Origin: Pandoraea communis
Lineage (GTDB): Bacteria > Pseudomonadota > Gammaproteobacteria > Burkholderiales > Burkholderiaceae
Direction of reading: 5' to 3'
DNA length: 32,000 nt
NCBI RefSeq assembly: GCF_902459745.1
Contig: NZ_CABPSJ010000003.1
Coordinates: forward strand, 778,957 to 810,956
A program made the translations under genes and the position numbers. The notes beneath the pieces were generated by a model. The model was not told the DNA's origin and searched no databases. It was given only the letters and a program-made list of their open reading frames with translations. Position 1 is the first letter of the stretch; each line of letters opens with the position of its first letter. This document shows, piece by piece, positions 28,138 through 32,000 of the stretch.

Positions 28138-30680
28138 TCATCACCTCTGCCGCGTTTCGCGCCTTGAAAGATCTGCCGCCATTGGCTAGCACATTTGAGA
28201 GCATCCGCATGGTTTTCTGCCGCTAGGTGTCGTTCGAACTCTATCTCAAGCACCGACAACTGCGCGTATTGCTTACGCACCAGCATCCGCGTTGTGTCAG
28301 GTAGTACTCTATGTGAATGGCTTGCAATCTTCGCGGCAACGTCCCACGCACCGACTACGCTGAGAACCTCAATGCAGGCTGCGGACAGAACCCAATCATC
28401 GGGGCGTTGCTCGCACAAGGTTACTAGGCTCGCCTGCATGCCGAGCAAATCGCCTTTAGGAAGTTCACGTAGTAACGATACCAATTGATCGTCATAGGTT
28501 TCATGATGCTCCTCCGACTGCAAGAGCCTCAGAAGCAGATCGGGAAATCCCTTTATGGGTACGAGTCGCGTCAACATCCACGAGTGGCTGTTTCGTAGTA
28601 CGATCGCTACGTCGACCTTCATCAATACTGCAACAAAGACGGGGCCCCATACACCAGCAAAGCGTGGTTTCTCATGCAGGCGGCCTACTAGCAGCTCTAT
28701 ACACGTCACAAGAAACGAATCATGTTCGCGGTCGCCTTGAGCATACGCCCAGAAAATCACCATCAACCTCTCGGTAATTCGATCTTCGTATTCCGCTGGA
28801 AAGGAAATGCGCTCGAGTGCCTCGACGGCAGACTGATGAACGCCGATGATCGGGTCCGACAACAGCAACAGAAATGCGTCATGTACAAGGGAAGGAAGGT
28901 CGGATACCCGCGAGTGACGTAATTCTCGCAATGCCTGTGCGGCGGCCATCCTCACCAACGCGGACTCCCCGACCATTGCGCCATAGAGAAACGGGAGCAC
29001 GGCATTCGTTGATGCCGCTGTGTGCATCAACGGCGGCAAGGCCTTGATGAGAGCGCTGCGGAACTGCTCTGGCCACTGTATGTCGCTAGCGATGAAATCA
29101 ATGAATTTCCCCGCAGCAGTGGTACTTTCAGTCGCGGCGCTACTCGCCCATTCCAGCATGGCAGAACGCAGACCAGCCAATTGCTGCCGTCTGTTGTGGC
29201 GGTCCATTTGCGCAAGGAAAGCGCTCGCTTCGTCGGAAGAAACCTGCGCCGGCGAATTAGTGATGTCCGTGAGAGCCTGATCCAACAACGCAGCCGTTCC
29301 CAGCAGGAGTTCCATTTGATCGCATGCGACCTGAGTAAGCTGCTCCGGAAAGTGCCGCAAGGCTTCGTGAGTCTCCTGCATCACATCGTGATTCTGCGTC
29401 GCTGCAACCCACGTCAAGAGGCGGCGTAGCGCTGTCCCGTAAGGCCTGAGATTGGAAATCACGTCGACAGATTCAAAGCGACTGCCTGGCAATCTCAGCA
29501 AAGTGGAGTAAACGCCGGCGATCCGCCCTTCGCCAGCGGAAGAAGCTCCTTGATAGTAATTTACGAGCAATGTGTCGACTTGCTGATCGTCTGCCAACAT
29601 GGCATAGACGAGCGCCCGCTCCAGTTCGTGCACGACTTCGCGCATTTCCGAGTCCGAGTCGATATCGACTAATGAATCGACTCGAGCGAGTTTTGCCGCA
29701 AGGCTGCGAACCAAACTCAATGGATAGGCATTGCCACGATACGCGAGCGGAATCGCTCTCGCCGCAGTCTCGACAATGAAACCCGAGTGACTAGCGACCA
29801 GACTATCTAACGCCTTTTCTGCCGCATCGGGAAATCTGGACACCAAAGCTTGCAGTGCCTTGGGGCGCTTCTCGGGTTCGGAAAAATAAAAGTCGCTACG
29901 CTGCGGTGCAGCCAGCAAGCACAAACTCTTGACGGCCGTTTGCACTTGAGATGCATCAACTAAGTCAAGGTGTGCCACCAGGACTTCCGCAGCAGTCTCG
30001 ATATTGCATTCCCTCGAGAGACATTGCATCGCGCAAGAAACTTGCCGCTTGTGGTCCTGGGATACTATCCGCAGACAGCTCAATGCCGTCTCGATCGCCC
30101 ACGACTCGTTCGACTCAATCAGATGGAAGAGGTGGTTGACAACGTCATCGACAAACACCTCCGGCGCGAGATGGGCAGTTGCAATGATCTTCTCGGACGC
30201 TGACTCCGTACGAGTTTGATCCAATGCCTGCAGGTCTTCAATCAAAGAAGCAACAGGTACTGCGGCACTGGCCTGCAGTGCAGAGCGCACTTTCTGGCGG
30301 GAATCGAATTCGTCGCGAAGCTTTTTTTCCTGCCGCTCTTGATCGGCGACCCTAGCAGCCACTTGCTGGTCTCGACGGCTCACGAGCTCCGCAATATTGG
30401 GGAAACGCAACGGTTGACGGACCGTGCAATTTACGCAATTTCGATCGTAGAATGCGAGCGCCGCCTCCTCGAGATGCCAAGTTGCGAACCCGTCAGCAGG
30501 GGCGTGGTCACAGGCCATTGAGTGATGGCCGATCGGGAATCCGGTAGCGGCCTCGATCATGCCAACACCACCGGTTTTTTTAATCCTCGCGTGGCCGCAC
30601 CAGTTCTGGATAAGAACCTTAACTTCCTGGTTGCGCTGGCCGACTTCTACGGTCCGCAAGTAATCCCGTTCGCTAACCAT
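28134..30680 (-). CDS. Large hypothetical protein: N-terminal Cys/His cluster + long alpha-helical (HEAT/ARM-like) repeat region, no NTPase motif
   Basis: 848-aa ORF. The Cys/His cluster is C28,H30,H52,H53,C56,H58,C82,C85 (about 30426-30599), followed by a short coiled-coil segment and then leucine/alanine-rich helical repeats. No GxxxxGK[ST] was found. GAGG lies about 10 nt upstream of the ATG. Confidence 0.7.
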   Translation of the reverse strand: MVSERDYLRTVEVGQRNQEVKVLIQNWCGHARIKKTGGVGMIEAATGFPIGHHSMACDHAPADGFATWHLEEAALAFYDRNCVNCTVRQPLRFPNIAELVSRRDQQVAARVADQERQEKKLRDEFDSRQKVRSALQASAAVPVASLIEDLQALDQTRTESASEKIIATAHLAPEVFVDDVVNHLFHLIESNESWAIETALSCLRIVSQDHKRQVSCAMQCLSRECNIETAAEVLVAHLDLVDASQVQTAVKSLCLLAAPQRSDFYFSEPEKRPKALQALVSRFPDAAEKALDSLVASHSGFIVETAARAIPLAYRGNAYPLSLVRSLAAKLARVDSLVDIDSDSEMREVVHELERALVYAMLADDQQVDTLLVNYYQGASSAGEGRIAGVYSTLLRLPGSRFESVDVISNLRPYGTALRRLLTWVAATQNHDVMQETHEALRHFPEQLTQVACDQMELLLGTAALLDQALTDITNSPAQVSSDEASAFLAQMDRHNRRQQLAGLRSAMLEWASSAATESTTAAGKFIDFIASDIQWPEQFRSALIKALPPLMHTAASTNAVLPFLYGAMVGESALVRMAAAQALRELRHSRVSDLPSLVHDAFLLLLSDPIIGVHQSAVEALERISFPAEYEDRITERLMVIFWAYAQGDREHDSFLVTCIELLVGRLHEKPRFAGVWGPVFVAVLMKVDVAIVLRNSHSWMLTRLVPIKGFPDLLLRLLQSEEHHETYDDQLVSLLRELPKGDLLGMQASLVTLCEQRPDDWVLSAACIEVLSVVGAWDVAAKIASHSHRVLPDTTRMLVRKQYAQLSVLEIEFERHLAAENHADALKCASQWRQIFQGAKRGRGDE

Positions 30681-31081
30681 GAGCTTAGAACCTCTGTTGT
30701 TTCAGGAGAATACAACTGCTGCAGTTCATTTTAATCGGTCGGCGCACCAAAACATGCAATGTCTGCTCCGGGGCGCGTTCAAACGGTCGCAACCGTCGCA
30801 AACTGGCCAGTTTTGGTCGTTCGACATGGACGGCCGGATCGTCGACAATCGCTACCTGACTTTCGTATTTCGCGTGTAATCATAGGCCAGGAGTGCTTAC
30901 GATCCCGGCAACAGTCCAAAAATCTCACGGACGCAGCCGGCAAGATGGTGTCCGGTATCAACGACGTCCGAGACGTGCTCCTGGCTACCTTTGGCCGTCG
31001 TGGCATGCGTGCCGCGGCCGATTGCACAAGGCTGTCATCGAGGGGCAGCGGCAGGACATTACCGACCTCTATAACGCGCGT

Positions 31082-31717
31082 ATGAAAATGGCCCAGGCCT
31101 CGGCGTCGATGTCTGTGGGCGAATGCGGTCGCACGGTGCCCGTGCAAGAGACCACAATGAAAGCGGCTCAGTCCGAGATGGCTGTTGCGAAGGCGGGGCG
31201 CGACAAAGCACTGTGGGAGCTTGAGGCCGGCGATACACCTGTCAGCAGCACGCAGGGGACAAATACCCTCCCGCTGCCGGGTTCCTTTAAGGGCAGCGGC
31301 AGCGGCAGCGAGACACCGGGTACCGCTACGTGTCGCGCAACAAATCCGGGAAATATCCGCTACAGTGGTTTCGCTCGTAGTGCTGGCGCTATCGGCCAGG
31401 ACAGTAGCGGCTTTGCGGTGTTCCCGGACGCTGCTATCGACACCGAGGCCATGCAGGCTTTGCTCCGGTCCTATAATGGGTGCGGTCTCAATACCGTCGG
31501 CGGCGTGGTCGAGCGCTGGGCTCCGCCGAGTGAGAACGGTACCAGTAGCTGCGCAAAATCGGTCGCCAAGCGTCTCGGGGTTCGCGCCGACGGCACAGTG
31601 CATAGCCGAGCGATTGATCTGACGGTGGATACGGAGGAGGTGCTTGTCGCGGTGCTGCGCGACGAGCAGCAGGCGGTAAGGTTCGGCTTTTTGCGGTCGG
31701 GCTCCAGCGATCGATAG
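31082..31717 (+). CDS. Hypothetical protein with a phage-associated NPGNIR...WAPPSEN-type C-terminal domain
   Basis: The C-terminal segment NPGNIRYSGF...GFAVFPD...AMQALLRSY...VVERWAPPSENGT resembles, from memory, a conserved domain seen in many phage and prophage proteins. The N-terminus is uncertain: the ORF is open from 30893 and a frameshift with the 30759 frame is possible. Confidence 0.4.
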   Translation: MKMAQASASMSVGECGRTVPVQETTMKAAQSEMAVAKAGRDKALWELEAGDTPVSSTQGTNTLPLPGSFKGSGSGSETPGTATCRATNPGNIRYSGFARSAGAIGQDSSGFAVFPDAAIDTEAMQALLRSYNGCGLNTVGGVVERWAPPSENGTSSCAKSVAKRLGVRADGTVHSRAIDLTVDTEEVLVAVLRDEQQAVRFGFLRSGSSDR

Positions 31718-31750
31718 AAGAAGCGGGCTTGAGCCACCGGAGCCGGGTGC

Positions 31751-32000
31751 TTAGCCGTGCACCGCTTGAAGGGGCTGGCCGCTTGGCTGGAGTGAGGGCG
31801 TCGGTCCGACGACGACGAGCGTGCCCTGTACCCGATCGAGGTCCATCGTCACAATCTCTATGTGATCGGACAACGCCTTTCGCAGTAGTGCAGCCTGTTC
31901 CAGCGGGACCATCGGACCGAGCAACAGCCGAGAGGGCTTGGATGGCAGATCGAAGTGTTCACTGTCAGTGATGATCCGGTACTCCTCCTCGTAGGCCCAC
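31751..32000 (-). CDS. Partial CDS (C-terminal 83 codons) of unknown function, truncated by the window edge
   Basis: Minus-strand frame open from the window edge (codons from 31999) to a TAA stop at 31751-31753. It translates to WAYEEEYRIITDSEHFDLPSKPSRLLLGPMVPLEQAALLRKALSDHIEIVTMDLDRVQGTLVVV..., which has a protein-like composition. It is absent from the ORF track because the only in-frame Met would give an ORF too short (53 aa) to appear among the listed ones. Confidence 0.35.
   Translation of the reverse strand, partial: WAYEEEYRIITDSEHFDLPSKPSRLLLGPMVPLEQAALLRKALSDHIEIVTMDLDRVQGTLVVVGPTPSLQPSGQPLQAVHG

Larger units (their letters stand above)
13235..32000. mobile_element. Integrative genomic island inserted at the 3' end of guaA (right end outside the window)
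   Basis: The integrase gene starts 218 bp after the guaA stop, followed by alpA and a primase-helicase. The cargo is orphan and defence-like genes, with a block that appears lower in GC (one line counted at 52%). I saw no second copy of the guaA 3' terminus in the window. Confidence 0.8.

Noticed and set aside
30779-31603. 274-aa minus-strand ORF opposite the NPGNIR-domain ORF
   Set aside because: The translation is Cys/Arg/His-rich and has no pattern, whereas the + strand frame carries a recognisable conserved domain. I treat it as a shadow ORF, although I cannot fully exclude it without a homology search.

Overview
High-GC (about 62-66%) proteobacterial chromosome. Gene content and order look Burkholderiaceae-like, which is an inference from synteny only. 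Positions 1-13234 are an ordinary housekeeping block: rnhB, a TrmH/SpoU methyltransferase, ppsR/ppsA, nfeD plus an SPFH protein, smpB, ratA-rnfH, an EamA/DMT transporter, guaB, a small membrane protein and guaA. Directly after the guaA stop codon (13234) an integrative island begins and runs off the right edge of the window. It opens with a P4-type tyrosine integrase, AlpA, a small coupled ORF and a roughly 1000-aa PriCT/Toprim/P-loop primase-helicase. Its cargo looks like a defence island with three main parts. (i) A 1477-aa single-gene HNH + NACHT/STAND + helical-repeat protein (18759-23192, minus strand). (ii) A 265-bp intergenic field carrying about 12 copies of an 8-bp (A)TGTTGGG(A) unit in five clusters of alternating orientation around an AT-rich core, which resembles an iteron or origin (23222-23487). 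(iii) A lower-GC block (a spot check of one 60-nt line gave 52%) holding an XRE regulator with two CTAAG-N5-CTTAG palindromes, several orphan ORFs and a translationally coupled gene pair (28134-30680 and 26680-28137, minus strand). That pair encodes an 848-aa Cys/His-cluster + helical-repeat protein with no NTPase motif and a 485-aa protein with a C-terminal RecB/Cas4-type PD-(D/E)xK motif set. I could not assign the pair to any named defence system, and it is my best candidate for an undescribed system. I saw no rRNA, tRNA, CRISPR array or transposase. All functional calls rest on my reading of the translated ORFs for motifs and family resemblance; no database search was possible.
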